A stretch of DNA of 64,000 nt from Candidatus Latescibacterota bacterium (lineage in GTDB: Bacteria > Latescibacterota > UBA2968 > UBA8231). The position numbers and the translations under genes are program-made. Numbering within the stretch: the stretch's first letter is position 1; each line of letters opens with the position of its first letter. Below the pieces are notes generated by a model, which saw only the letters and a list, made by a program, of their open reading frames with translations, ran no database searches and was not told the origin of the DNA. The stretch covers positions 1,856,001 through 1,920,000 of the forward strand of contig OZ241362.1 of the NCBI GenBank assembly GCA_965200315.1, in the 5' to 3' direction. Positions 39,553 to 50,014 of the stretch are shown here, one piece after another.

Positions 39553-39673
39553 GAAAATTCTCCTTCACTGAGGGCGTTGAGATTGTTTTATAGACATAGT
39601 TAGCTGACAGCCGGCTCGTTGCAGCGGCTTCGTCCGTTAATTGGGCTGTTAAACGTGGAACGAGGAGCGAAGC

Positions 39674-39787
39674 CTACTTGACCAGTCGGCTGATAATAGG
39701 TAGGTCGAGGAGGAGAAGTCGGAGGCGCACCCACACTGGCGTCGAGCGGACAATACGCGGGTACTGGAACGGTGCGCTCATTGGCAT
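39674..39787 (-). promoter_or_regulatory. Branched-chain amino acid leader peptide (attenuator) upstream of ilvC
   Basis: 37-aa ORF MPMSAPFQYPRIVRSTPVWVRLRLLLLDLPIISRLVK with a Leu/Ile/Val cluster, between the promoter and ilvC. Confidence 0.75.
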
Positions 39788-39835
39788 TAAACCTAAGTAA
39801 TCCAAGAAGTTAGCTTGCAATACGATAAAGGGCTC

Positions 39836-39864
39836 AATATATGGCGTCCCAGAGGGAATGTCAA
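39836..39864 (-). promoter_or_regulatory. Sigma70 promoter of the ilvC-leu operon
   Basis: Minus strand TTGACA-N17-TATATT. Confidence 0.7.
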
Positions 39865-39934
39865 GCTATATGGCGCAATCGCCCATCCTGCCCCAATTTA
39901 CCTTGCATGTTGAATCCCAACCGCGAAATCTCTT

Positions 39935-40918
39935 GTGGCCGACACCTTTGAAATCCGCCTCGTCGCCGACGACACTGCTTGGGATGCCTTTGTCCGCCAA
40001 GCCGTCGGCGGCACGGTATTTTCCACCAGCGCGTGGCTGCGCTGTGCTGCGGCCGCCACCGGCGGTCAAGCCCTCCGCCTCGGCTGCCACCGCAACGGCC
40101 GCCTCGTCGCCGGCATCAGCGGCTTGGCTCGCCGCCGCATGGGTCTCTACCGCCTCGAAACCCCAGAGCTAACGCCCTACACCGGCCTGCTCCTCGCCCC
40201 GGTCACCGGCAAAGGACCGGCCAAAGCCGAAGCAGCCCAACATCGCGCTTGCACGCACCTGATGGACCATCTCGCCAAGCACTACGCCCGCGTCTCCCTA
40301 GTCCACGCGCCGATCATCACCGATGTGCGTCCCTTCACTTGGCAGGGCTGGAACGCGCACCTGCGCTATACCTATCGGCTGCCGCTCGGCGACAGCAACG
40401 CACTCTGGGAGCGAATCGAGCGCCGCACGCGCACCGCCATTCGCAAGGCTGAAAAACTTGGCTATAAACTGCGGCCCACCTGCGATGTCGCGCTGTTTCG
40501 GCGGCAGTACGAATCCATCTACGCCAACCAAGGCGACGGCCCCCCGGTTGCCGCCGCCTTGGCCGAGCGCTTTGTCGGTGCCGCTTTAGAGGCTGGCCTA
40601 GCCCAAGCGTACGAAATTACCTCCCCGGATGGGCCAGCCGCGATCGTCGTTTTTGTCGAGGGCTTCGACACCACCTATGCCTGGGCCGCAGGAGCCGACC
40701 CCGCTTACAACCACACGGGTGCCATCTCGCTGTTGTACTGGCAGTACTGCACCACGACCGCCCACCAGTACTTCGACTTTGTCGGCGCTAACATGCCGAA
40801 CATCGCCTTTTTTAAGCGCGGCTTTGGCTGCGACCTCGTGCCGTACTACGCAGTGGTGGGCTACAAGAGCCGCTGGGTCAAGCGCGCTTTTGGCGTACGC
40901 CAAGCCCTGCGCGGCTGA
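39935..40918 (+). CDS. GNAT/FemAB-like acyltransferase
   Basis: WDAFV...GTVF...WL, TPYTG, RTAIRKAEK, FDFVGANMPNIAFFKRGFG. Confidence 0.8.
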   Translation: MADTFEIRLVADDTAWDAFVRQAVGGTVFSTSAWLRCAAAATGGQALRLGCHRNGRLVAGISGLARRRMGLYRLETPELTPYTGLLLAPVTGKGPAKAEAAQHRACTHLMDHLAKHYARVSLVHAPIITDVRPFTWQGWNAHLRYTYRLPLGDSNALWERIERRTRTAIRKAEKLGYKLRPTCDVALFRRQYESIYANQGDGPPVAAALAERFVGAALEAGLAQAYEITSPDGPAAIVVFVEGFDTTYAWAAGADPAYNHTGAISLLYWQYCTTTAHQYFDFVGANMPNIAFFKRGFGCDLVPYYAVVGYKSRWVKRAFGVRQALRG

Positions 40919-40924
40919 CCGCTC

Positions 40925-42895
40925 TCAATAGTGCAACTGCGTCACCGACTTAGATATTAACGCAATGGCCACCGCCGACATGCCCACCAAGCCCATCCCA
41001 CACGCATACCCAGCCAACAACACCGGCGCGTATTGCCGCCACTTTTGCGCCCCAAAGCGCGGCTCCAACCAATAGCGAGCCAGCAGAGCACCGGCCATCT
41101 CCGGGATCAGCAAATGCGGCAGGCCCCCAAGGCCGCGCACAAACCCGTACACCAGCGAAATCGGCCACCCCAACCACGACGTCACCCCCAATAGCCCCCC
41201 GGCCATCACAAAACTCCCCGCGATCCACCACCCCTTAATCGCCTGATCAAACAGCGTCTCTCCGCCCAACGTCGCCGAGTACCACAAGCACTGGCGCAGC
41301 GCGATCAGATGCCAATACGTCTGCGCGTATTGGAAGGTTGGCGAGGGAATGGGCTCCATCTGCCAGACCAACGACCAAAACACAAAGCCGCACACCAAGC
41401 TCAGCGGCAACAGCAACAACTCGGCCTTGAGGATCGATGAGAAGCGCGTCCCGGTCAGCTCCACTTCGCGGAAGAGCTGGGCGCGCCGGCCGTGGTCGGC
41501 GTATGGAATGGGCGCGAACCATATATCAATGCCTTTATAGCCGCTCAAGATAAAAGCCCCTTCGCGCAGCAGCGGAAAGCTGACCAACTGCCCGGTCAGC
41601 CCGGCCATACGCGCATTGACATACGAAATCACCGGCGTCAGCACAAAGCCAAAAAGCAGCAAAAAAATTAGCGGAAACTCGTCGTCGTCCAACAGCAACA
41701 CGCAGAGCCAAATCATGGCCAACGTCGATAGCGCGTACCCGCCAATCGCTATCCACAGCGGGAAGTCGCCCCGGCCGGCCGGCGCATCCCGCAACGGGCG
41801 AGGCCCGCCCTGACGGCGCACAGCCCGCACCGACAGCACGGCATGCACCAAGCCAATCGCGCCCACAGCCGCGCCCGCGCCAATGTACACGCTCATCCAC
41901 ACATCGATGTCGTTGGCGAAATTCGTCAGAATCGCGTCCATGCCCGGTCGCCAGTGCGTCAGCATACCAGCGTGGTAGAGAATCGGGCTGCCCAAGGCGT
42001 GGACCATGGCCGCGGTAAACGTGCCGACGACGATCCAAAACGGCAGCACCATCCCCAACAACACCAAGCCCAAGTCCGTGCCAAGGCCCAAGGGCGCGGC
42101 TGGCAAAACGTCCTCCGTAGTGCGCGTCAGGTCGATCCAAGGGATGGGCAGCAGGACGATGGGATCGCTGGCGATCAATCCGGTCAGCGCGGGCAACCCC
42201 ACGTACACCGCGCCGAACAGCAAACCAATCCCCATGCCGACCGAGAAAACCCGCCAGCGCCAGCTATCCCGCCCTTCGTCGCTCTCGGCCAGTGCCGTCG
42301 CCCCTTGCGCGGCGACCGGTGCCAACGGGAAGGGCAAGCGCTCCACATCGGACGTGACGCGGAAGAGGATGTAGCCGAGCGTGAACCACTCGACCCGCGA
42401 CAAAACCTGAGAGGCGACCAGCACGACCATTGGCGGGATCCACGCCCGGTGCAAAAAGCTGCGCCCCACCAGCGCGTCTGAACCGATCGGCGGCGCAACC
42501 CATTCCGGGATGTGCTCGGCAATGCCAAAGCCAGCCGCGGCCTGCGACTGCACGAGGTACTGGTTCCACATTAGCTGCCCAAACGGCCCCCCGGCCAGCA
42601 TGGTGCCGCCGATGACGCCGGCCAAGCCGCCGGCAATGTAGTAGATAAGGTAAATCTCTTGGCGCGTCAGCGCGGAAAAGGAGCGCCGTGCTAACTCGGA
42701 AAACAGGATGATGGTCACCCACTCGGCGGCCGCGCCGAGCGATGCGCCGGCAATCAGGCCCATGTAAATGGCCCCGGGCATCATGATAAAGCCGACGAAG
42801 AACGCCCCGGCCACAGTCCGCATGGTAAAGCCCTCGCGGAATCGCGTCGGGGGCTGCATCAGGTCGCGGTAGCTCGTTAGCTCGTTAGCCGTCAC
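40925..42895 (-). CDS. OPT-like multi-pass membrane protein (putative peptide transporter)
   Basis: Many TM segments, DVERLPFPLAPV motif; GTG start overlaps the upstream TGA. Confidence 0.7.
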   Translation of the reverse strand: MTANELTSYRDLMQPPTRFREGFTMRTVAGAFFVGFIMMPGAIYMGLIAGASLGAAAEWVTIILFSELARRSFSALTRQEIYLIYYIAGGLAGVIGGTMLAGGPFGQLMWNQYLVQSQAAAGFGIAEHIPEWVAPPIGSDALVGRSFLHRAWIPPMVVLVASQVLSRVEWFTLGYILFRVTSDVERLPFPLAPVAAQGATALAESDEGRDSWRWRVFSVGMGIGLLFGAVYVGLPALTGLIASDPIVLLPIPWIDLTRTTEDVLPAAPLGLGTDLGLVLLGMVLPFWIVVGTFTAAMVHALGSPILYHAGMLTHWRPGMDAILTNFANDIDVWMSVYIGAGAAVGAIGLVHAVLSVRAVRRQGGPRPLRDAPAGRGDFPLWIAIGGYALSTLAMIWLCVLLLDDDEFPLIFLLLFGFVLTPVISYVNARMAGLTGQLVSFPLLREGAFILSGYKGIDIWFAPIPYADHGRRAQLFREVELTGTRFSSILKAELLLLPLSLVCGFVFWSLVWQMEPIPSPTFQYAQTYWHLIALRQCLWYSATLGGETLFDQAIKGWWIAGSFVMAGGLLGVTSWLGWPISLVYGFVRGLGGLPHLLIPEMAGALLARYWLEPRFGAQKWRQYAPVLLAGYACGMGLVGMSAVAIALISKSVTQLHY

Positions 42896-44796
42896 GGCCG
42901 GTACCCGCCTCCCATCTCGCCCTGCCCCAGCGCGACCGCGGCCCACAACAGCCGCATTGCGATTTCGCCGCAAATCATTCCCAGGAAAAACGGCATGACC
43001 CGCCGATAGGTCTGTGCCCCGCCGTAGCGCACTGCCAGCCACTTGCACAACCAGCCGCACAACACCGCCCCCCACACCAGCCAGCCAAAACCCGTGCCAA
43101 ACACAAAGCCCATCGGATGCAAGGGCCAGCGGAGAAAGTGCTGGCGCATCAACGCCAAGAAATAGGTACAGCCCGCCCCAACCGCGTGAAATCCCAAGCG
43201 CACCCAGTCCGTGCCCCCAGCCACCGTGCCCGCGTCTTTGAACAAGTAGTTGTAGTAGCGGCCAATGCGCGCCTCAGACCGTGCGCCGCCCTGTTCCTGC
43301 AAGGCAAACAGCCCGTGCTCGTAGATCGTTTCCAATGAAAACACGTAGCCAGCCCCCAGCCCAACGGCCAACCCCAAAGCCATCCCCCAAATCAAGCGGC
43401 GCGGAGACACTCCGTGGATCTCGGCCAACTTCAGCCCCTCAAATTGCAGGGCGGGCCAGAGCCCAATCATCGTAAAGCCAAACACCGCCAAAAAACCAAA
43501 GCCCATGTAGGTCTCATCGGCAAAATGCCCAGCACCGGTTCCCAAGACCACGAAGAACAGGTAGCCCACAATCTGCGGCATCCCCACAATGGGCAACCCG
43601 CCGTCGATCCGCAGCCGCGCAAACGTCAACGCCAACAGCAACACCAGCACCAGCGCCGCAATGCCCATCAGCGGCGGTACCCCCAAAGCCGTAGTCCACG
43701 CCCACAGCACCAGCAGCCCGACCACCAGCCCCCACGTCGCCGGACTGCGCCAAGAGATCGCCGCCGCCAAGGCCCGCCGCGCCGACCACAGACTAAACAA
43801 CCCCAAAAAAAGCAAGCCGCCGCGCGCCTGCGTCATAAAAAAAGGAAAGTGACTGGGCCAATCTAGCCACGGCGATCCGTGCCCAGGGATGAAGTCGCCG
43901 CGATATTCCGAGCGCCCGAGGAAATGGGCCACCAGCAATTGTACGCGGGTGAGCAGATAGAAAAACCACGTGCTGAACGACACTTCCACGGGTGCCAGAA
44001 ACGCCGCGCCCACCAACAGGGGGACAAACTCAAAGTGGAACGGAGATTCAAAAGGGGCCATGGCTTTCCACGGATCGTCGAGGAGGAAATGCGCCATGTT
44101 CAAGCTCGTGGTGATCTCGGGCACTCGCGGCATGTAGTGGTGCCAGCCATTGATCCCCAACAGCACACCCGGCACCAACGCACCCCACCAAAACAGCCGC
44201 TGGCCAAACAGGTCTCCGGCAATGAGGGCGCGGGGTACTTCCAACAGCGGAAATCCCAAGCGCTCGGTCTCCAGCCAGCGCTGCCGCAAAAGCCACACCA
44301 AGCAAAAGCAGGTGAGAAAGAACGCGCCGAAAAACGCAGTCCACATGGCCAATGGCCACAGCCACGCCCCCCAAGGCACGGCCGCGCCACCTTCAAACGC
44401 CCCGATGGCCGGTGCCTCATTCGGGCCGCCCGGCACCAGCCAATCCGGGACGACTTTTAGGAAGCGATAATAGGGGCCGGTCGGTTGGGCAAAGCCTCCG
44501 TAGAAACCCGTCACTAAACCCGGCAGAAAGCGGTGCATCAGGCCAGAAGCAGTCGCCGACACCCCGATGACTAACGAGGCGTAAAGTACCGCGCGATCCC
44601 CCGGGCCGAGCAAGCGGCGCATTAAGGTAACGGCTGCCAAAGCCCCTATTGGCACGGCGAAAAAGACCTGCGCCCCCGGCATACTCCCGGCCCCGGCCAA
44701 ATACGGGCCGTTGTACAGCAACTCGACGCGCTGGAGCAACCACCCGCTCGCAACCGTAATGCCGACGATGAGCGCGGCTAAGCGCAGTGCGGCCAT
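42892..44796 (-). CDS. DUF6785/DUF6784-like multi-pass membrane protein
   Basis: PWGAWLWP, QRWLETERLGFPL, WPLHPMGF, FFLGMICGE. Confidence 0.7.
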   Translation of the reverse strand: MAALRLAALIVGITVASGWLLQRVELLYNGPYLAGAGSMPGAQVFFAVPIGALAAVTLMRRLLGPGDRAVLYASLVIGVSATASGLMHRFLPGLVTGFYGGFAQPTGPYYRFLKVVPDWLVPGGPNEAPAIGAFEGGAAVPWGAWLWPLAMWTAFFGAFFLTCFCLVWLLRQRWLETERLGFPLLEVPRALIAGDLFGQRLFWWGALVPGVLLGINGWHHYMPRVPEITTSLNMAHFLLDDPWKAMAPFESPFHFEFVPLLVGAAFLAPVEVSFSTWFFYLLTRVQLLVAHFLGRSEYRGDFIPGHGSPWLDWPSHFPFFMTQARGGLLFLGLFSLWSARRALAAAISWRSPATWGLVVGLLVLWAWTTALGVPPLMGIAALVLVLLLALTFARLRIDGGLPIVGMPQIVGYLFFVVLGTGAGHFADETYMGFGFLAVFGFTMIGLWPALQFEGLKLAEIHGVSPRRLIWGMALGLAVGLGAGYVFSLETIYEHGLFALQEQGGARSEARIGRYYNYLFKDAGTVAGGTDWVRLGFHAVGAGCTYFLALMRQHFLRWPLHPMGFVFGTGFGWLVWGAVLCGWLCKWLAVRYGGAQTYRRVMPFFLGMICGEIAMRLLWAAVALGQGEMGGGYRP

Positions 44797-44855
44797 CTCG
44801 TAAATCTTTCTACCATTCCTTGCGTTGTCCTAGTAGCCACTTTAGAGCATCTCAT

Positions 44856-46038
44856 ATTGACTTAGAGGGCTTGGTATTCTACCCATAAGAAACCACGCCA
44901 GAAAGCCTCACTAGGGCTTTAGGGCTGTCCTCAAGATCGGCTTACTTGACCTTTGCGAAAAGAGGCCATTGTGCATTGGGCGACCTAACTGATGCTGAGG
45001 GCAACGCGGTACGAGGGTGAATTCGCAGTACGCAAAATATCCCAAAAGTAGGAGAATCCCATGAGCGTGAAATCCGTTTATATGATGACCGATTTGGAAG
45101 GCGTGGCCGGTGTCGATGATTGGGACCCGAGGCACCGGGACGATGCGACAACGGCAAAAGGCGTGTACGACCGCGCCGAGATGCAGCGCTTGTTGACCGG
45201 AGAAGTCAATGCCGCGGCCGCAGGCTTATTGGCAGCAGGTGTCGAAGAAGTCATCATCAATGACGCGCATGGGGCCGGGCGCACGATTTTGTCCGAAGAA
45301 TTGATCTCAGGCGTAAAACTGGTCCAAGGCGTCGAGCGGCCGTGCTGGTTGCCGGGCTTATCGCCTAAATTTGACGCCTTGATCCAAGTGGGCATGCATG
45401 CAATGACCGGCACCCCCAACGGATGCCTCGCCCATTCGATGAGCCACAACATGGTCTATCGAGTCAATGATGTAGAAGTCGGCGAGATGGAAATGGCGGC
45501 GTATTTGTGTGGTCATCTAGGCATTCCTTGGGTCTTTACAGCGGGCGATCTGCACGCCTGTACCGAATCCGAGCGCTGGGTCCGCGGCATTGTCACAGCA
45601 CCTGTAAAAGAAGGGCTGGGAGAATTATGTGCCCTGCACATGGCACCAACAGACGCACGTGCCTTGATTAAGACGCGCGTACAAGAAGCCATCGCGGTCG
45701 CCAAAAACATCGAACCACTCGTTGCAAAACGTCCGGTGGTGATGGAGGTAATGCACCCCGACCCCAAGCGTCTTTCCGTGTCAGAAGGGGTTGAGCACGT
45801 AGATGACGTTACGATTCGCTGCAAAGGCACCTCCTTCTGGCAGGTGTTTCACAACATGGTCTATGGCCAGCCCGATTTTCCGGTTCCCGCGTAACAGACC
45901 GGGTGACGTTGGGTGCCAATTTCTTAATTTCGCTCGTACATGGCTCCGAGCATGGTGTTGTCCTCGGATGCCAGACCTTTGAGACTTTAGACTATCCCAA
46001 GAAGCTCTATCATTGACTTAGGGACTTGGTATTCTACC
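44856..46038. repeat. Imperfect 27-28-bp direct repeat flanking the M55 peptidase gene (44856-44883; 46012-46038)
   Basis: attgacttagagggcttggtattctacc vs attgacttagggacttggtattctacc. Confidence 0.8.
45061..45894 (+). CDS. M55 family D-aminopeptidase (DppA-like)
   Basis: TDLEGVAG, EVNAA, INDAHG, VGMHA, LAHS, AGD. Confidence 0.88.
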   Translation: MSVKSVYMMTDLEGVAGVDDWDPRHRDDATTAKGVYDRAEMQRLLTGEVNAAAAGLLAAGVEEVIINDAHGAGRTILSEELISGVKLVQGVERPCWLPGLSPKFDALIQVGMHAMTGTPNGCLAHSMSHNMVYRVNDVEVGEMEMAAYLCGHLGIPWVFTAGDLHACTESERWVRGIVTAPVKEGLGELCALHMAPTDARALIKTRVQEAIAVAKNIEPLVAKRPVVMEVMHPDPKRLSVSEGVEHVDDVTIRCKGTSFWQVFHNMVYGQPDFPVPA

Positions 46039-46131
46039 TTACATCAGACAAGGGAATCGAACAAATAATAAAGCGGCCTCATACTGATCTAAATTAAGAA
46101 TATTCTTCTTCCGAAGGGAGCGAAACACACC

Positions 46132-49100
46132 ATGAATCAAGACCTCGAAGCACTGATTGAAGAGCACGCCAAGATCATGGCCGACCAGATGGTGAAGGCC
46201 GCTGCATGGGCAGGATCGGAAGAAGACATTCGCCATGCCTGCAATACGCTTATCGACGAGTTCATCAAGAAAGCGGGGTTGACCGTCGAAGGTCGCCATG
46301 AATATGGCTTAGCGGGCGGGCGTATTGACTCGAAATACGGCGGCGTGGTCATCGAGTACAAAGATCCGAAGGGTGCCGGAAAAATTACAGAGGATAATAA
46401 CGCGCCGGGAGTCAAAGCCGTCGTCGAACAGCTCAAAAAGCGGTTCCGGGACTTTCAGGCAAAAGAGCACGTCGGTATGGAGCGTATCCTTGGCGTGGGC
46501 TGCGATAGGCGACACGATCATCTTTGTACGGAAGCGCGGGGCCAAGCTCGACGCCGAGGATCCGCAGCCGGTCACGCCGCATACGATCCAACGCCTGCTT
46601 CGAGTTATAGTCTCGCTAGGCGCACAAGGATGTTCCTTCACCCCTGAGAACCTAGCCGCCTATTTTGGTTCCGAAGGCCAGAGCGCACAAGGGGGTGTCC
46701 AGCGAATGTATGCCCTAATCCACGCAACCGATAGCCCCAAGGCTCAGACGTTTTTCCGCCAATGGCAGATTCTCTTTGGCGAAGTCTGTGGCTACGATAT
46801 TCATAGCCAAAGCCCCAAAATTGAGAAACTGGCCAAGCATTATTTTATATTCAACCCGGATCCAGCCGAACTCCTCTTCGCCGTCCACACGTATTATGCC
46901 CTATTAATGAAGATGCTGGCTGCTGAGATTGTTTCCTCCTTCTCGCCGTTGGGAACCTCAACTCTAAAGAAACTCGTTTCCGCGCCTACTTCGGCTAGCT
47001 TGAGGAGTGCATTGGAGAACCTCGAACAGGGCGGCATCTGGTCGCAACTCGGCATTCGCAACTTTCTCGAAGGCGATCTCTTCTCTTGGTATCTCGATGC
47101 TTGGAACGAAGATTGTGCGGACGCCGTCCGCACCATGACGCAGGCCCTCGACCAATTCGATCCGACCACTCTGAGCGTCGATCCCGCTGAGTCCCGTGAC
47201 TTGCTTAAGCAACTCTACCAACAACTCTTCCCCAAATCCGTCCGCCACGACCTTGGCGAATACTACACACCTGATTGGCTAGCCGAACTCGTGCTCGACG
47301 AACTCGGCTACGATGGCAACCCAGACAAGCGTTTGCTCGACCCTGCCTGTGGTTCGGGCACTTTTCTCATCATGGCACTGAATCGCGTCAAAACGTGGTA
47401 CGACGAACACCGCTACGAGTGCGGCTTTGGCGAAGACGAGCTTTTGCAGAAAATTTTGCGGAACATCATAGGCTTCGACCTAAATCCACTGGCCGTCATG
47501 GCGGCCCGCACCAACTACCTGATGGCCATCCGCGAGCTACGGCGTCATGCGGACAACATTGAATTACCCGTGTACCTGTGTGATTCGATCATGACGCCCT
47601 CAGAATACGGCGACGTTTTAATTGGAGGCTTGGGTAAGGTCCGGCAACTCAATACCAGTGCCGGTGATTTCAACATCCCTACGGAAGTCACGGAAAATCG
47701 CGAGTATATCGGCCGCTATGCTGATACGCTTGAGTTTTGCATCCGCAATGGGTACTCGCCCGAAGAGTTTCTCGACCGATGCAGGGCTGAAGCTCTCCCA
47801 GTGACAGAAGCCCTCCTCCATATAGCCCTCTATTCTTGTCTCCAGCAGCTCGACGCGGATAACAAAAACGGAGTCTGGGCGCGTATTATTAAAAATGCGT
47901 TCGCGCCTCTATTCATCGGCAAAGTGGACTATGTGGCTGGCAATCCGCCTTGGGTAAATTGGGAAAGTCTTCCTAGCGCCTATCGGGACGCCATGAAACC
48001 GCTCTGGCAGGAGTACAACCTTTTTACCCTGTCAGGAACGGCTGGTCGCTTAGGCGGAGGCAAGAAAGATATTTCCATGCTTTTCACATATACCTCAGTC
48101 GACAACTATCTGAAAAAGGACGGACGGCTCGGTTTTGTCATCACACAGAGTGTTTTCAAGACGCAGGGGGCGGGAGATGGTTTCAGACAACTCCGCTATA
48201 CGCAAGCTGAGACTAGCCAATCATGGTATCTAAAACCCCTTATGGTCCACGATCTGAGTGCCATACAGGTTTTTGAAGGTGCTACCAACCGCACTGCAGT
48301 CTTTATCTGCGAAAAGAAGAAGAAGCCCTTTCAGTATCCCGTGGAATATACAATATGGACCGGGGCGTCGCGTATTGCTCAAGATAAGACACTGGTAAAT
48401 GCCCATGCCGATACGACCCAACGCAGAATGGAAGCCATACCTATTATCGCTTCCAAAGGCTCATCCCCTTGGCTCACTGTGCCAAAGCAGGCACTTCCTG
48501 GCATTAAAAAAGTGATCGGAGTAAGCAATTACAAGGCACATGAAGGAGTGAACACGGGCGGCCTCAACGGATGTTTCTGGCTTCAAGTCTTAGAAAAGCG
48601 TCCGAATGGAGAGTTGGTAATCGAGAATCTGCACGACGTCGGTAAAATCGAGGTCAAACAGGTACAGGCCGTCATTGAGCCAGACCTTGTCTATCCTCTC
48701 CTGCGCGGTCAAGATGTCCACCGCTGGCAGGCCGATCCTTCGGCACACATTATTCTGGCCCAAGACCCTCAAACAAGAAAGGGTATTCCCGAGTCCGAAA
48801 TGAAGAGCCGCTGGCCGAAGACCTTCGCCTACTTAAAGCAGTTTGAAGGCGACCCCAATATATCCGAACGTGGTACGTTGCGGGGGAGGGCTACAAAAAC
48901 TGTACGCGGCCCTATTAAGAACGGTGCCCCTTTCTATTCTATGTTTGGAGTCGGATCTTACACAATGGCGGAATGGAAGGTTGTTTGGCCAGAAGTGGGG
49001 CACTCCGTCCGCGCAAGCGTGTCCGGCCCCTTAACAGTTAATAAGGTAAAACCCTCTTTGCCAGCTCATACAATCGTGGCTGTTTCTTGCAGTAGCGAAA

Positions 49101-49399
49101 GTGAGGCATATTTCATCGCCGGAATGCTCAATTCTTCACCTGCCTACGTAGCCGTTGCAGCTTATATTGTTCTACATCCATCTCCGCATATTATGAAGAA
49201 TATAGCTATCCCCCGGTTCAAAAAGGCAGATAACGACCATACACTACTAGCTGAACTCTCATACCAATGTCACGTTGCCACAAATAATGAGGGCCAACTT
49301 GCTGCATTAGAGGCTGATATTGACGAAGCAGCGGCCAAAATTTGGTGCATCACCGATACCGAACTGAAAGCAATCCAGAAAACCATGTCAGAGCTTTAG
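46132..49399 (+). CDS. Type IIG-like restriction endonuclease-methyltransferase fusion; +1 frameshift at about 46507
   Basis: GRIDSKYGGVVIEYK nuclease motif; LGEYYTPDW, LDPACGSGTF, VAGNPPW; removing A46507 gives GCDGDTIIF in one frame. Confidence 0.85.
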
Positions 49400-49424
49400 T
49401 AACTTCATCCGTAGAGGAGAACTC

Positions 49425-50014
49425 ATGGGTAATGACAGCAGCGATCCAATACTGTCTGAGCTAAAGACGGAAGCTGCCAAGCGAGCACGGAAGAGCTTTG
49501 AGCGTCAAGTTGAGGAACAGCAAAACAAAGAGCAGCAGATAGCCTTCAACATCCTAGTTTGGGGTATGGCACCCGACAGAGATGTGCCCATAGCCCAAAA
49601 ACGAAAAGACATTGGGAATCAGCTTATTGAAGACGGCCATAATGCTATGTTCAGCGAGGACCTAAGCCACCTCAAGATCCGGACCTTTCGGAAACGAGTA
49701 AGGAGTTTGCTCAGGCAAATGCTGCTGATTTCATTATCGTCCTTGTCGAAGGTTCGCCTAGTGCGCTGGCCGAAGTATGCGATTTCTGTGCTCGCCCAGC
49801 CTTGGCTACGAAGGTATATGTCATGGTGCCGGACGCCTACAAAACTAGCTATGTAGGCCAAGGGTCCCTGAAAGAATTGGACGAAGGATATGAGAGTGTT
49901 CATTGGTATCATCAAGGAGATGTCGAAGCCTGTAGCGTTTTGACCCAAGCCTGCAAGCGTGTAAGAGCACGGCGGAGCATGTCTTATCGTCCCCCACCAA
50001 GGAGGACGAACTGA
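49425..50014 (+). CDS. NDT-fold protein resembling retron Ec86/St85-type effectors; -1 frameshift at about 49674
   Basis: ILVWG...MFSEDL; adding one A continues KDPDLSETSKEFAQANAADFIIVLVEGSPSALAEVCDF...SYVGQGSLKEL to the stop overlapping the helicase ATG. Confidence 0.6.

Noticed and set aside
45900-50014. Complete retron
   Set aside because: No reverse transcriptase (YADD-type RT context) and no convincing msr-msd inverted repeats were seen.
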